DNA of 62,788 bases, counting the filler, from Dugesia japonica (taxonomy: Eukaryota), in the NCBI GenBank assembly GCA_001938525.1. It is 5 parts of 5 records of this genome, joined end to end, with 100 filler letters (N's around TTAATTAATTAA, not from the genome) between each part and the next. Parts side by side here need not be neighbours in the genome. Positions count along the whole stretch, not along the records: positions 8,647 to 32,831 come from MQRL01616016.1; positions 32,932 to 43,273 come from MQRL01618970.1; 3 more parts are not named here. One strand, written 5' to 3'. This document shows, piece after piece, positions 24,032 through 38,514 of the stretch. Numbering within the stretch: the stretch's first letter is position 1; each line of letters opens with the position of its first letter. The position numbers and the translations under genes were made by a program. The notes beneath the pieces were generated by a model. That model was not told the DNA's origin, searched no databases, and saw nothing but the letters and a program-made list of their open reading frames with translations.

Positions 24032-27000
24032 TTATTATTTTGTAAATAAGACGCTTAAATTTGATTCAAAATGTCGAAAATTATCTGGTGCTACCATTGT
24101 TAAAACACAAGTAAATGAATACAATTAAATTTAAACTTTTGATTTAATATTTGATGTTACCCGATTTCTATTATTGCTTGCTTTGCATGTGTTTGTCGTA
24201 CATGTNGAGCGACTTAGAAATCAAACTTTCAATAGCCAGTTTAGTAGGTTTGTCTGTATTGATTTCAATGTCATCATAAACACAAGCCACAGACAATAAT
24301 ACTAAACCAGCAACTGAAAGATTACAGAATTTCAGTTTCTATGTCGCTCAAATTGTAACATAAATATTTTAATCAAGCCCAAATAAAAATGATAAAAGAA
24401 GCCAGAATTGAATAATTTCGCAAAATCAAATGAAAAAATAAAAATCCAAGAAACATAAAAATAGTTAATTAACAAGGTTATTAAGAAAATAGTTTAAAAA
24501 ACTTTATATTAAATATTAGTTATATTTTCCAGATCAAAAGTTCTTTAAAAGTACAATTCCATGAGAATCAGAAATCGAAAGAAGTTTGAAACTAAGGAGA
24601 TGAGATACATGTAGCTATCATCATACTGATACCGTTTAAGCCTTATTGACAATCTAGAAAGTTGAAGTAGTGATGCTTCCTGGATGATGTACAATATATA
24701 TTCAATCTATATATTATGCCTGGATCAAGAACATGGTTTTTAAAACTGAATTGTACCTGTTTTAAAATGAATTTATGGATCTAATTGACTGAAGTATACT
24801 TTTTATGAACTTCTTTTGTTTCCCACACAGTTTTCACGATTAAATATAAAAAAATGATTTAAAATTAAATATACAAATATAAATTAAATAAATAAATAAA
24901 AACTACTAAAATTTTTACAATATTTACTGAATATTTAATACTAATAATTTTACAATATATATATAATTTAAAAAATAGAAAATTAGTTGTCTTTAAACAA
25001 TTACAAAAGTTTAAAAATTGTATCATGAATTATTCATTCTTAAAAATTTTTAATGTTCACAAGACAAAATTTAAATCTGCCAGTATTTATAAACACAATA
25101 ATAAAACAATGACTTTAAAAGTAACTTCATTGAAATTTNCAAAAATAAACTTAAAATTTAATATTGCAATATCTGGAAATCCCTGTGAAATTGTCGTGGG
25201 TTATTAGAGAAAATAATTTTTCATTAAACTATCTTATTCTAAATTATCTATAAAGAAGAAAATAAGCGCAAAAAAGTTATAGTCTAAAGTAATAGTGAAT
25301 TTGAATTTCTATATATTTTAATTTTTCCAAAATGAAACCTTTCCATAGTTATTGAATTTATTTGTTAAATTAGTGTTGAAAGCCACAGACCATAAAAATC
25401 TAAGTTTTTGTTAATTTTTGAGAAAAAATCGTATTACAAACTAACAAGTATAAAATAAGAATAGAATTAAATTAAATTAATTTTACAAAATTAGAATACT
25501 ACAAAAATGTTATGTAAAAAATAAACTCATTAATTCGTAAATGAGGAAAGCATTCAAAAAAATAGTGAAATAAATACACTAATTATTAACAAATGATGCA
25601 GGAATAAAAGAACTATAATCTGTAATAAAAACAGAATAAATAAAAGTGTTATTCATAAAAAAATAAAATAGGTAATAAATTTCATTGTTACATGACTAAC
25701 AAAAGTGATTCTAAATAATAAATAAATTCAGTCAAATAAAAGTATTTGTAATTAATAATCAAAATACGAGTGAAATAAGAGTATTCGCAAATTAAAAATA
25801 ATGAGGACATATGTTAGATTTCATATTTGTCGATTGGGTTCATAATTTCAAATAAAGATGCTGACTAATCGGAGATTGTTATTGGATCGTATAGCTTTTG
25901 ATGATTTCTTTGTTTGTGTTCATGTTATTATTTTTTATAAAACACTATGTGTGTATCGAACAATTTGCATGAATTCGAAAATTTGAATCGAGAAAATGGT
26001 GGGTTTAAATATAGAATATAAATTTATTAAATTTTAGCTTGATTATGTTGGTAAATTGTTCTTGTTGATGAGGATGGCCAGAAGTTACAGATTTTTATGT
26101 TTTAGCTAAATTTTATTTTCAGATTCTAATCTAATAATGAACAAATTCATAAAATATACCAAACTTAATTAGACAAGTTAAAATACTTGAATTTTTCATA
26201 ATAATTTATTTAACTAAAACTATTTATTAATAATGAATTATTTAAACAAATAATATCATTTAATATTAAGAAATGGAACCTTTATATAATTTTTAAATGA
26301 TGTATAACTAGAAAAATAACGATTAATAGTAGAAATTCGCATAAAATTCAAAAGTTACTTTTTCGTAAATGTGATCTTAAATATTTTACTTTTATTTTAA
26401 AAAAAACAATATAAGTTAATTAATTTAAATATTTATTAATTTATTGGGTGACTTGGTTGATGTCATGTTATCAAACCTTAACAACTATTTAATCTTCTGT
26501 CAATTTACTGATTTATGTAAAGGTGCTGGTCACCTTAGCATTATCTTTACATAAGTGCTTGTGTGTTAACTTTTTTAAGTTTTTTACATTATTCTGAAAA
26601 AAATATTTATAAATTAAAACATACAGTTGGGTATCGTTGAAATATATTAATTCATATAACCGTTCAAAAATGTTGAAAACATATTCGTTTGTTGAACGTC
26701 TTTCTTGAGCTTTGATATAAAAAAGATGTAAAAAGCGATATGATATAATATGTATTATATAATATGTGTATTTTTTCTAGAATCATTCAAAGTATGTATT
26801 CGTGACCATTTTCGTTCTTGCTCTTTTATAATTGGTGTTAATTCTTTTAACTGATATGAAACAGTATCGAGTTAAGTTTACCAGCATTGTTCAAGATAAT
26901 AAAAATAATCACAGTGATGAATTCATTTTCATCTTCACATAGTAAATGGATTTCCTTTGATATAATTGTTATTTTATCCGCTATTTTATCTCCAACACAA

Positions 27001-28720
27001 TGAACTAACAAGCATTTTTTTTATTTCTTCTTCATTTTTTTTGAGATTAATTAGTTTCTTTGTTTTTTTTGATTTTATCGATGAATATTTCGTTGTTACT
27101 CATAGCTTAAAGCTTCTTTCAAATCTTCAATTGATGAGCTCGGTTTTTTCTTTCTTTTTTNNNNNNNNNNNNNNNNNNNNNNNNNNNNNNNNTTCCTCCA
27201 GTAATGATTTGTTCAACAAAGTAGTAAGAATAATTTTCAAATTTGTATTGCTTTATTGAAAAATCTTTGGCAGTCTGTAATGAATTCTTCTAAGTTATCA
27301 CCTCTGTAAAATCTTTCTGGTAATAATCTGCTTACTTCTAAATTCATGGTTGTGATTGTCAAGTTAGATGTCACTTAAATATCAATTTTGTTTTGCATAA
27401 AAGAATCGTGAAAAATAATTAAATTAAAATAATTAAATTAATGCTTTAAAATTTATTGTTTCATAATACACTAAAGATTTTCAATTCTAAATTATAAAAC
27501 AAATGTTTTTAAAGCTAGATTATTTTATAGTTATAATTCATTGAAAAATAAAATATTTAACTTTAAAAAAAATAATAAAACAACGTTTCTTCGGCCTTCG
27601 GCCTATAATTTTCTTTTTGCCCGTTTCTGGAGAAAGTCAGAGGAAATTGTTTACTTCTTTCATTCTTACTCTAACAGAGCTCTATGAAGAATTCCTTATT
27701 TTTTCTGTAAAATTTAATTATATTTAAACCATATTAACCATGAAAAATTAATCTATATTTTTGTTCAATTTAAAATCAAAAGTTTAATACTTAAAAAAAT
27801 CATAATGAACGGAGCTTAGTAATATCAGAAAGAAATCACAGTAATTGACGAAGAAAATTAATTAACAAAATTTTCTCTTCAGACTACATTTAGATAATGA
27901 CCATGATTACAATATAAATTAATTAAAAAAAATCTTTTTACTAGTAAACATTTGATCAAACGGATAATAACACAAAAAATAAAATAAATAAACGTTTATA
28001 AATATACGTTTTCATAACAGTGACTATAAAGAAACTCCACTGATAACAGAGCCCCCTCTCCACTCACTGGCTTTGACTGCTATTTCACTACAACAACTTT
28101 TAACACTTTTAATTCTCTTTAATAATTACAAATCAAATTTCGGACCTTTTCCGATATTGGCATTTATGACAGTTATGATTTTACTCTACTCGATAGTCAG
28201 AACCACATCAAACTAACATCAATTTCTCCTGATGCCTATGGTCTTTGTGGTATTATTAACTTTACGCTCACTTTTATCCGAATCGCAACGCTTGGCTATG
28301 TGATTTTTATTTCACTTGAAAGTAGCTTTAATCTGCACTCAATAGGTTTTATTTCATTTTAGCTTGGAATCAACTGGCTTTTAATGTTTTTCGATTCACA
28401 TTAAATTTGCTTCAGTCGACTAGTGTTTAATTCTCGTTAATTTATTTCCCTTCACGTCACTTTGAATTGACAGTTATATCTATATTAAACAATTTTAGAT
28501 TATATAAGTTATCCTTTATCAATAATATACCAAATCTGAACATTATATAAATCGTAACTCACTAGTTGTTGATTTTCAAAATCATATATCTGAATAACAA
28601 TTTCAACATTAATAAACTTTTTCTACAGCACTCAATTACTTTCGTTACGTTAATGCATTACTATATATTTAGTTTGTTGTAATAATTCTAATATATGATA
28701 AAGAATTTTATATTTATGTC

Positions 28721-29031
28721 CAGTATCAGTGCGAGGATCTTCTTCTTTGCTCGCCTGCATTCAATGTCCCCTCACCCCATTAGTTTTCGATGTTTTATAA
28801 CTTGTTATTGACTTATCATAATTAAAGGTTTTCAGTATGTACACTAATATCAGTTAGTTTTAACATTAATACATTATTTATTGTTTACAACTGCAAAATT
28901 AATTTCCAAGAGTTTCTCTATTTAAATTTTAAATGTTTTATTTTATGACTTATGTAAATAATGTAATAATCAGTTTGATTGCAGGCACCACTTGCAACAC
29001 AGGTTTTAAAGTCCCTTTTACGCCGGCCATG
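28721..29031. mobile_element. MITE-like element (hAT-like ends), family copy 2
   Basis: Similar to 9102-9419. Flanks tttatgtc / ttagtgtc resemble a decayed 8-bp TSD. Confidence 0.65.
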
Positions 29032-29173
29032 TTAGTGTCTTTTGATTGCTAATTTATTCATTTTGTTCGTTTGATGTGTTCTTTTAAAACATCATTCTTT
29101 TAAGGAGTATTTCGGCGGTTTTGAGCTTTAACTTTTTTATAACTAGTATTTACAGGTTATATTTACATTAATA

Positions 29174-30427
29174 CAGGGTGCGTACGGTATTTGAGAACAT
29201 ATATTTAATGTAACTTTTGCATATTATTTTTTAATGCATTACTTATGAAATTTGTTTTATTGAACCAATATTAAACAGACTAATGGCAGACATTCAAATT
29301 ACTAAAAACTTAAAAAGGCATTCTATAATTGTGACTTTACATAAGCGATTATAAAGATTTAGAAATCGCACTACTTTTTAAAAGTCGCCAGATCTTTTGT
29401 TTTTAATATTCGTAAAGTGCTGAAAATATATCAAAAAACGGAAAAATTATACCAAACATTCTGACATTGTCAGAATAGCTGATTTTATACAAGAAGTTAA
29501 GCAGACCATTGATGACAATCTCAGAATATCCATGGGATCACTTGCTAAAGGTTTCAAAGTCTCAAAAGGAACAAGTATCAGAAATATTGTCCATGAAAAA
29601 ATCGGATATAAGTTTTATGTGTAGAGAAAAGGATAATTTCTGTCTGAAAAACCAAAGAAAATTGATTAATCAAATTGAAAACTCTCTTAAGCAATATAAA
29701 AAGCCAACAGACAAAGTTCCAATTTGCATTTTCTCGAATGAAAAAAACTTTGACCAAGATCGGAAGGTTTACAGGAGAAATGATTGCTGGTTATGTAGAG
29801 ACTCTAGTAAAGTCCCGAGAAGAGTGCACACCAAATAATGTGACTGTCAGGATTTAGTGATAGGCAACAGTAAAGGACCTGTGATGCTTCCTAAATTCTT
29901 TCCACAAGACCTTAAAGCAAATTTTGCTTCTTATATATTGAGGTCCAACAAAATGTTGTAAAGCCTTGTATAGACTCAGTGCAAACTCGAAGACCTTATA
30001 TTTTTCAACAAGATTTTGCACCATCTACAAAAGGCTAAATTAAAGCAGGAATTGGTGGCTGAAATTTTTTGTCACCACATCACTCCTGATATTTTTCCTC
30101 CTAATTCTTCAGACCTTAAACACTGAATTATTACATATGGAGCTTTATTGAGTAATAGATCAATGAGCATTTTCAAAATACTATATATTCTTTGAAAGCC
30201 ACCTTAGTGAAAGTAATTTCAAATATAAACCATGCCCATTTAATTAAAGCTTGTAAACGATTTCGATCTCGTGTAGAAGCAGTTATTGAAGTTGATAGGG
30301 GCTTCTCTAAATGATATAATTGAGGAGTTAATACATTTTCGTTCTTTAAGAATTTTTAAAGTTATTGTGTGTCATTATATATATGTTTTCCTATAAACAT
30401 ATGTTCTCAAATACCTTAAACACCTCG
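29174..30427 (+). mobile_element. Full-length but decayed Tc1/mariner element (probably DD37D/maT-like)
   Basis: TA-flanked imperfect TIRs (..ggtg....ggtatttgagaacatat). Broken transposase with FSNEKNFDQDRK, YIFQQDFAP, FPPNSSDL and ACKRFRSRVEAVIE. Confidence 0.88.
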
Positions 30428-31659
30428 TATACACATTTATACTACTTTTAAACTTTTCATATACAACTTGTTTAAATATAATTTTTTCATTAGTTTAAAA
30501 TTATTGTGGTACAAAATGTCAAATTTATTTTACGCTTTTTTNNNNNNNNNNNNNNNNNNNNNNNNNNNNNNNNNNNNNNNNNNNNNNNNNNNNNNNNNNN
30601 NNNNNNNNNNNNNNNNNNNNNNNNNNNNNNNNNNNNNNNNNNNNNNNNNNNNNNNNNNNNNNNNNNNNNNNNNNNNNNNNNNNNNNNNNNNNNNNNNNNN
30701 NNNNNNNNNNNNNNNNNNNNNNNNNNNNNNNNNAAATATAATCTTAAATAAAATTCAGATAAATTTCCATTTATTTTATGAAAAGAATTTAAATTTATTT
30801 TCTCATTTCAAATTTAATTGTCAAATTAAATTTCAATTATTTTCGAAAAAAAACTAAATTTAATTACATTAAATAAAAAATGAAATAGATTTTTTTGTTT
30901 ATTTAAACTCAATGAAAAATCTAGAGAACTTGGGAACAAGAGATTATATAACATGAAATACATTATCTGATGCCTATTTACCTATAATTTAATGACAAGA
31001 TTATAACTTTTCTCTCTGCCTAGCTTAGTTATCGTTAATGAAATAATTATCCCTCAGGTATTTAAAGAGAAAATACTTTCGTTATTAAACAATACCAATG
31101 AAAATTCCTTACTAACGGTTATTTGAGAAAAAACAGAAAGAAAACCTGAATTAGATGACGTTCACTTATTAGCGTGTAATAAATATTGTAAATTCGAATG
31201 ATTTGTAATATGAAACTAATGAGCAGTTTTCTCTTTAATATTCAACTGAAACTAATAAACTTGCAAAATAATTAGGATTAAAACATTTTCTTTCTTTAAT
31301 ATTTCAAAGTATTTAAATAATGAAATAATTTATTAAAATCATTTCTGTTTATTTTTCTAATAACGATATGCTGATAAATTAGTATTTATTAATATTTATA
31401 GAATTGAATTGAAATTCACCAATTGTAATTTGTTTATTTTATTCGAATAAAAATAATTTACTTTTAATCGATAATATTGATAAAATGAATTACAGTTACT
31501 AAATATGAGAAATTTATTTAATAAATGTCTCGAATTTTTAAATACGGTTTTAAATACAAAAGAGTGAGAGTGGGTGAATTGAAGAGTCTGAAAAGTACAA
31601 CTAATGAAATTTTTTTTAAAAAAAGAAAGTAGTAAATGTAAAATAAAATTTAGAGTTTT

Positions 31660-32240
31660 TATTGACGTATTTTCCGGGATATAAGCCGCGGATTATACGT
31701 TAAAATTTTGAGAATTTTGAAAAAAATGGAATGCGACTTTTACGCGATAAGTTTTGATTTTGAAAATTTTTAATAATAATGCAAGATTGTGAAAAAAGTT
31801 AATTTAAGTTATTTATTCAAAACCATCAAAATCTCTATCAGATTCGACGTTAAAACTATCAATACTCCCTATAACTCATGACTTCCTGAATTAAAATTCA
31901 TATTTNNNNNNNNNNNNNNNNNNNNNNNNNNNNNNNNNNNNNNNNNNNNNNNNNNNNNNNNNNNNNNNNNNNNNNNNNNNNNNNNNNNNNNNNNNNNNNN
32001 NNNNNNNNNNNNNNNNNNNNNNNNNNCTTCTAACATCCATTTCCCCATCGTTTACGCAGATAAGATTTAAAAGACTGATTAAGAAATATTTCCAGAGGTT
32101 GAAGTTTAGAAGTTAAATCACCAGAGATCACAGCCAGTCTTCATTATACCTTCAGTTACATGAACCCTACAAGAGTCTAAAATCAATAAAAATGGCGGTT
32201 CATAAGACAACCTTCCTTCCCGGAAATAGTTGAGCATAAT
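31660..32240 (-). mobile_element. pogo/Tc2-like (DDE_1) transposon relic
   Basis: FLLILDSCRVHVTE...LAVISGDLTSKLQPLEIFLNQSFKSYLRKRW. Terminus-like cgtattttccgggatataagccgc. Confidence 0.8.
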
Positions 32241-32778
32241 TTTGTTTTTGAATTTTGTTTTCTTTTTGAAGTTTTTGTTTTGTTTTGAAATTTTTATTCT
32301 AAAATAATAACTTTTCTTTTATGATATGACTGTTTTTAAATAATTTATATTTAGTTATGATAAATTATTTTCATAAATGTTTAGCATTTAATTGGTTTAT
32401 TTTATTTGTAATTTTTATATAGTTATGGTAAAAAATTTTATAATTTTCCTTGGAAGTTGGTACAATTGTTAATTATTATTTGTTAGCTATGTATTATATT
32501 TTTCTGAAATTTTTTTGTTTTAATTGTTTTTTTTTTAATATATATATTTCTATTAAATTTTTTTTATGATGTCTTTTGTTTAATAAGTTACATATATGTT
32601 TGATTTATTTTCTTTATATGTTTAGCAATTAGTAGGTTTATTTATGTTGCTTTTAATGAATTTTGATTTGATGTAATTTATTCTTTTATTTATTTATTAC
32701 AATTTATATAGATGGTATAATTTTCATAAGTTTCCTTATTATTATTGTTGTTTATTGTTATTGTTATTATTGTTATTA

Positions 32779-32831
<53 letters not shown>

Positions 32832-32931
32832 NNNNNNNNNNNNNNNNNNNNNNNNNNNNNNNNNNNNNNNNNNNNTTAATTAATTAANNNNNNNNNNNNN
32901 NNNNNNNNNNNNNNNNNNNNNNNNNNNNNNN
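32832..32931. other. Artificial contig linker
   Basis: N44-TTAATTAATTAA-N44. Confidence 0.97.
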
Positions 32932-33254
32932 TGTAAGTTGATTATTTCCTTTAACTTCTTTTCTTTTATTTAATGAATTATTTTCTTCCGTTATTAATTT
33001 TCCTTCTTTGTTCTTTCAGTCCGTTTTTTTGTCTTCCAACATTTTTTTTCTTCCTTCGTAACTTACTAGGTTACGAATCATTTCCCATATTTAGTTCCTT
33101 TATTTCGGTGTTTTCTTCAATTGTTTCTTTTGGTAACTGGTCTAACTCCTTCTTTTATCTGTTTTTCTTCGTTTACTTTCTTATGATATTCTTCCACATT
33201 TCGGTGTATTTAATTGCTAGTTTGTTTTCCCTTCTCAAGTGTTTCACCCCAACA
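32932..33254 (-). mobile_element. Probable LTR fragment running off the contig end
   Basis: Starts TGTTGGGGTGAAAC and is purine-rich. Resembles 42960-43273. Confidence 0.45.
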
Positions 33255-35254
33255 ATAGGAAAGGCGTATTTTCCTGCATTCTGGTCGGTGTATACTAAAC
33301 CATACACACATATTAAGTTAGCTGGGAAAATACGTTTCAACAAATAAGATTGTAGAATTCTGAACCAAAAAATATCTATCTTCCCGAAGAAAAGTGGTTC
33401 AGTGCTGTACTATCTACCCACTATAATATACCTATATAAATAGAACGAAATAAGCGTTTTACGATAGTAGTTTTTAGGCAGTGTACAAATAGTCCAATGA
33501 TAATGGATTTGAAAAAAAACTAAAATGTCCAAAAGAAATTTCAAAACGAAAAATTGTCGGCTCAAAAAACATTTTCCTGTTAGAGGGTGTGTTTCAGTGC
33601 AGAACTATATCACTATTGGTTCCCAGATGTTTACAACTTGAGACTCACTATTCAAAATAATAAATTTTGCAGCTCATCTGTGGTGATGACAATAAGAATA
33701 AAAAAAGTAGAAAATAAATAATTTATAGACTCTATATAATGTTTTTATAATTTTTGTTAGTTCTAAATAAATTCTGAGTAAATTATTTTTAGAACTAACA
33801 AACATTTTATTTTATTGATTATATTAAAATTTGTTTTTTTATTTTTGTAAATATTAAAATTTTTGGTGATCCACCAGTTGGGCACACTTTGAGAACCGAT
33901 GTTCTAGTTCATATCATCACAGTGTTAATAGATTAATAGAAAGAAAATTTAGAACATTTCTAGATCGTATGAATACTTCGTTAATAATAATTAAGAACAA
34001 AAATTAGGCTGATTTGATTCCAGAAATTAAATTTTTTATGAAAACTTCAACACAAAACAGAAACAAAAGATTCCAGTAAAAGCGGTTTTCGGTTTTAAGA
34101 TAAACAGAACAGAATGTGATGGAACGGATAAATTGCAAGATAGAAACCAAACAGAATTGTTCATGCATGCCGATATCATGGAAATCAGTGGTCTTTCTGG
34201 AAAATCGAGTACGGGAGTAGATGAATAGGTGCACACGAATACACATGTGAATTGCTTTTACATAGACGTATTACAAAATTTATAGAAATTATATAGAATT
34301 CACTGAATTTTTTATGAAATTTCATAAAAGTCGAGAAGTTTTCAAAATCCTATGTAAAACAATGGGAAAATAATTAGAAAGTTACATGGAAGTCATTAAA
34401 AAGTTTATGAAATTGTATAGAAGTCATAGAAAAAAACAATTTCACAGGTGGCCTCGTGTATACCTATTCATCTACAGTTGGCTACTGCAACATCCAATTA
34501 CAATATAGCAGAATTTATAAATAAAATTCATGTTGTCTTATTTTATTATCATATCAATTATATTATTTTCAATATAGAACTCGTTTTACTGAGTGCATTT
34601 ATTGATATTTAGAAATTCGATGACCTCTTAAAATGTATAAATAAAATCGCGTTTTAATTTGATAACAAAGAGATTGGTATAATATCGAAATTTTAGGCAA
34701 TTTGTATTTTGATTACATTTATATTTTGGTTATTATTTAATAATCACTCTAAAATTTATTTAAAATCAAATAATAAAATTTAACCAACCGAAAACATTTG
34801 GATAAGTCAATAATAGAAAATCATTCTAAAAGTTATTGATTGGATGCCATTTGTATGTTTGATTCTGTTGGTAACAAAATATATTTTTATATTGAATGTT
34901 GTCTGATGTAATTAGTTAGTTTGTAATTTGTTGTATTGACATCTGCTAGTTGAATGATAATTCTATTATATTGATTTAACACTGATTCACAGTTTATTTA
35001 CTTACATATTGTTCGCTGCAATTTTCAGAATCTTTTAACAACATGCTTCATTACAATAGCGTCTTTACAATTATTAATAATAGCTTTTAGAAATATATCT
35101 CGATTTCACTCATTAAGAATGTTAAAGTTACTATTTACTATTCACCCTAACTATGAATTGTGTTCCTTATAACGATGAAGAAACATGGATAAAGTGAGAA
35201 TTCTGTCAGAAAAATATTAATGTAAAGATAATCTTGACAAATACGATTATTGCG

Positions 35255-35560
35255 ATAATTTATAATTATAATTTATAATTATAATTTATAATTATAATTT
35301 ATAATTATAATTTATAATTATAATTTATNNNNNNNNNNNNNNNNNNNNNNNNNNNNNNNNNNNNNNNNNNNNNNNNNNNNNNNNNNNNNNNNNNNNNNNN
35401 NNNNNNNNNNNNNNNNNNNNNNNNNNNNNNNNNNNNNNNNNNNNNNNNNNNNNNNNNNNNTATAATTTATAATTATAATTTATAATTATAATTTATAATT
35501 ATAATTTATAATTATAATTTATAATTATAATTTTAATTATAATTATAATTATAATTTAAT
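35255..35560. repeat. 13-bp satellite (TATAATTTATAAT)n with N gap
   Basis: Seen directly. Confidence 0.92.
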
Positions 35561-36414
35561 TGCCAAATTTCCAAACCAAACTTTCAAACCAAATTTCTAA
35601 ACTACTTTATTAGCGGGGGGAGGTGGTTCAGTGCTGACGTAACTATTTATTTCTTTACAATTTTTGAAAGGATGACAAAACAGTTTCAATATTTTTTTTA
35701 TAAAGTTTCAGTTTATTAAAATGCATTTAACAGTTATACAAAAATTGGGGCCCAATAGATCCCCAGAGATTTTCACATTGCAATATGTTTACGATTGAAA
35801 TATTGTGAAAATTTTGTAACAACTATTCATCTCTTGTCAGTAAAGATTGCAAATAAATTATAAATAATTGTATTTATTTTTCTACTGAGGTCCAAAAGAC
35901 CAAAATCGTTTGTATCTATCATAGACAAATAAAGAAAAACATAGTGGCATCCATGAGAAAATGATATAAAAAAAGAAATAATCAATAATTAAAAAGAAAT
36001 GGAATATCATATTAATTGGTGGGGAAATCGTACGTAGACAATTTATTTTCAAAAGCAAAACCATTAGTTTCAGAAATCTTCTATTAAAAAAAATTTAAAG
36101 ATAAATTTTTAAAATAAAATAGCATAAATAGAATTATTTTTCTAATTCAAATTATTTTAATCCTCAATGATGATGAAAAACTTCTGATACTTTCAGGCAT
36201 AATGCTAACTATACAAATTCCTCAATAATTAAATAAATAAGTTACCAGATTAGAATTAATTGGAATGAATTAGTTGGATTAACTTTAATAGTAGACAATA
36301 AAATCATATTTTTCTATGAACAAACATTAGATGCAAAAATATTGATTTTTATTGAACTTGGCGTATATGGTTCAAAATTTGGATAATTCTTAATGAAACT
36401 AGTCTTATTTATTG

Positions 36415-38514
36415 AACTACAACTTGTGTTCCTTATAACGATGAAGAAACAACATTAAATTGCGAATTATTCAGAGAAATATATAACCAATCTTGGCAAA
36501 TACAATTGATCCGGTAAAAGTGAAACAATCAATTATTATTTAAAGCTTAATAATTGTCAACGAAGAATTCTGGATCACAGTGATACTGTGAAAGATCTTC
36601 ACAAAATTGAAATTATGGCTTCATGTTATTTAACTACTTAACATACTTGTCCGTGTCTTACTAGCAAATTTGTACGCTTGCAGTTGGCATTTATTTTGAT
36701 ACGTTTAGTAGGGATTTGTGTGAAAATTCAAAGTAGTTAAAGCACGACCAAACAGCTTTAATAGTTTATTTACAATTTAAAAACCAAAACGTTATTTAGT
36801 AATACTAAAAGATATTTGATAAAAGCAATAAATGAAACATAACCGAATGAATAATTTATTGTAGAATAGTGTAATTATCATTTATCACTTCATCAGATCT
36901 TCTTCCAAATCTTGATCGACAGTGAAATAACCATTTCTTCCAAATTGGAATCGAGAATAAACTTNGGATTTATTTATAACAAAAGATTTGGATGATCCTC
37001 GTGGGTTTTTTAAAAACATATCGTGTTCTATATAACCATGAATAAATATTAATATAAAACTAATCTTGACATATACAAATGATGAGATAAATACTAATAA
37101 ATTATGGTTTAACGTATCTGCCGTGTGTTACTAGCAAATTTGCACGCTCGCAGCTGGCACTTGTTTGATAACGTAAAGTGGCGATTTGTGTGAAAATTCA
37201 AAGTAGTTAGAGCACGACAAAACAGCTTTAGTAATTTATTTACAAAAAGAGGTTTGATAAAAGCAAAAGAAATCAATAAACGAAACATAACCAAGCGAAT
37301 AATTTATTGTAAAACATCGTAATCACAATTTATCACTTCATTGGATCTTACTTCAAATCAACAGTTCTGTTGAAAACAATTCTCTCATCTGTCAAGTCTT
37401 GATCGATAGTAAAATAACCATTTCTTTCAGTTTATAATCGAGCATAAACTTCTGGTTTATCGATAAAAGCTTTATTTATAACAAAAGAGTTGCATGATGC
37501 TCGCGGAATTTATAAAGAATGTTAAACATATTATTTTACTATTCAGCCTAATTACAAATTGCGTTCCTCATAACGATAAAGAAACAACAGTAAATAGGGA
37601 ATTTTTTCAGAAAAATGTAAAGCTAATCTTGGTAAAAGTGATGCAATCAATTAATATTTAGAGCTTAAGAATTTTTAAACGAAAAATTCTTGATTGGAAT
37701 AACAATTTTTTTTTAAATTTTTAACAAATTGAAATTATGGCTTCATGTTATTTAACCTCTTACAGTACCTGCCCGTGTCTTACTAGGAATTTTGAACGTG
37801 GTCAATTGGCATATGAGTAAACATTATATTTCCTAGCGATTTCTATAGAAAATTTTTCTATAAAAGATGTCGCAGTGTCGAATCTCTTGCAGCTGGCACT
37901 TGTTTGAATACGTAAAGTGGCGATTTGTGTGAAAATTCAAAGTAGTTAGAGCAAGACCAAACAGTTTAAANNNNNNNNNNNNNNNNNNNNNNNNNNNNNN
38001 NNNNNNNNNNNNNNNNNNNNNNNNNNNNNNNNNNNNNNNNNNNNNNNNNNNNNNNNNNNNNNNNNNNNNNNCATCAGATCTTCTTCCAAATCTTGATCGA
38101 CAGTGAAATAACCATTTCTTCCAAATTGGAATCGAGAATAAACTTCGGATTTATTTATAACAAAAGATTTGGATGATCCTCGTGGGTTTTTTANNNNNNN
38201 NNNNNNNNNNNNNNNNNNNNNNNNNNNNNNNNNNNNNNNNNNNNNNNNNNNNNNATACAAATGATGAGATAAATACTAATAAATTATGGTTTAACGTATC
38301 TGCCGTGTGTTACTAGCAAATTTGCACGCTCGCAGCTGGCACTTGTTTGATAACGTAAAGTGGCGATTTGTGTGAAAATTCAAAGTAGTTAGAGCACGAC
38401 AAAACAGCTTTAGTAATTTATTTACAAAAAGAGGTTTGATAAAAGCAAAAGAAATCAATAAACGAAACATAACCAAGCGAATAATTTATTGTAAAACATC
38501 GTAATCACAATTTA
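36415..38514 (-). pseudogene. Tandem array of decayed GlnRS 3'-end and downstream-region duplicates
   Basis: GlnRS C-terminal fragments at ~36885-37010, ~37333-37510 and 38072-38192 (e.g. [18 protein letters not shown]). Block 37073-37349 is identical to 38255-38531 (offset 1182). Confidence 0.88.

Noticed and set aside
37109-38476. Identical 61-aa ORFs (37109-37294, 38291-38476) as a small gene pair
   Set aside because: They lie in the duplicated downstream region, have a non-ATG annotated start, and the frame is not kept in the diverged copy near 36640-36850.
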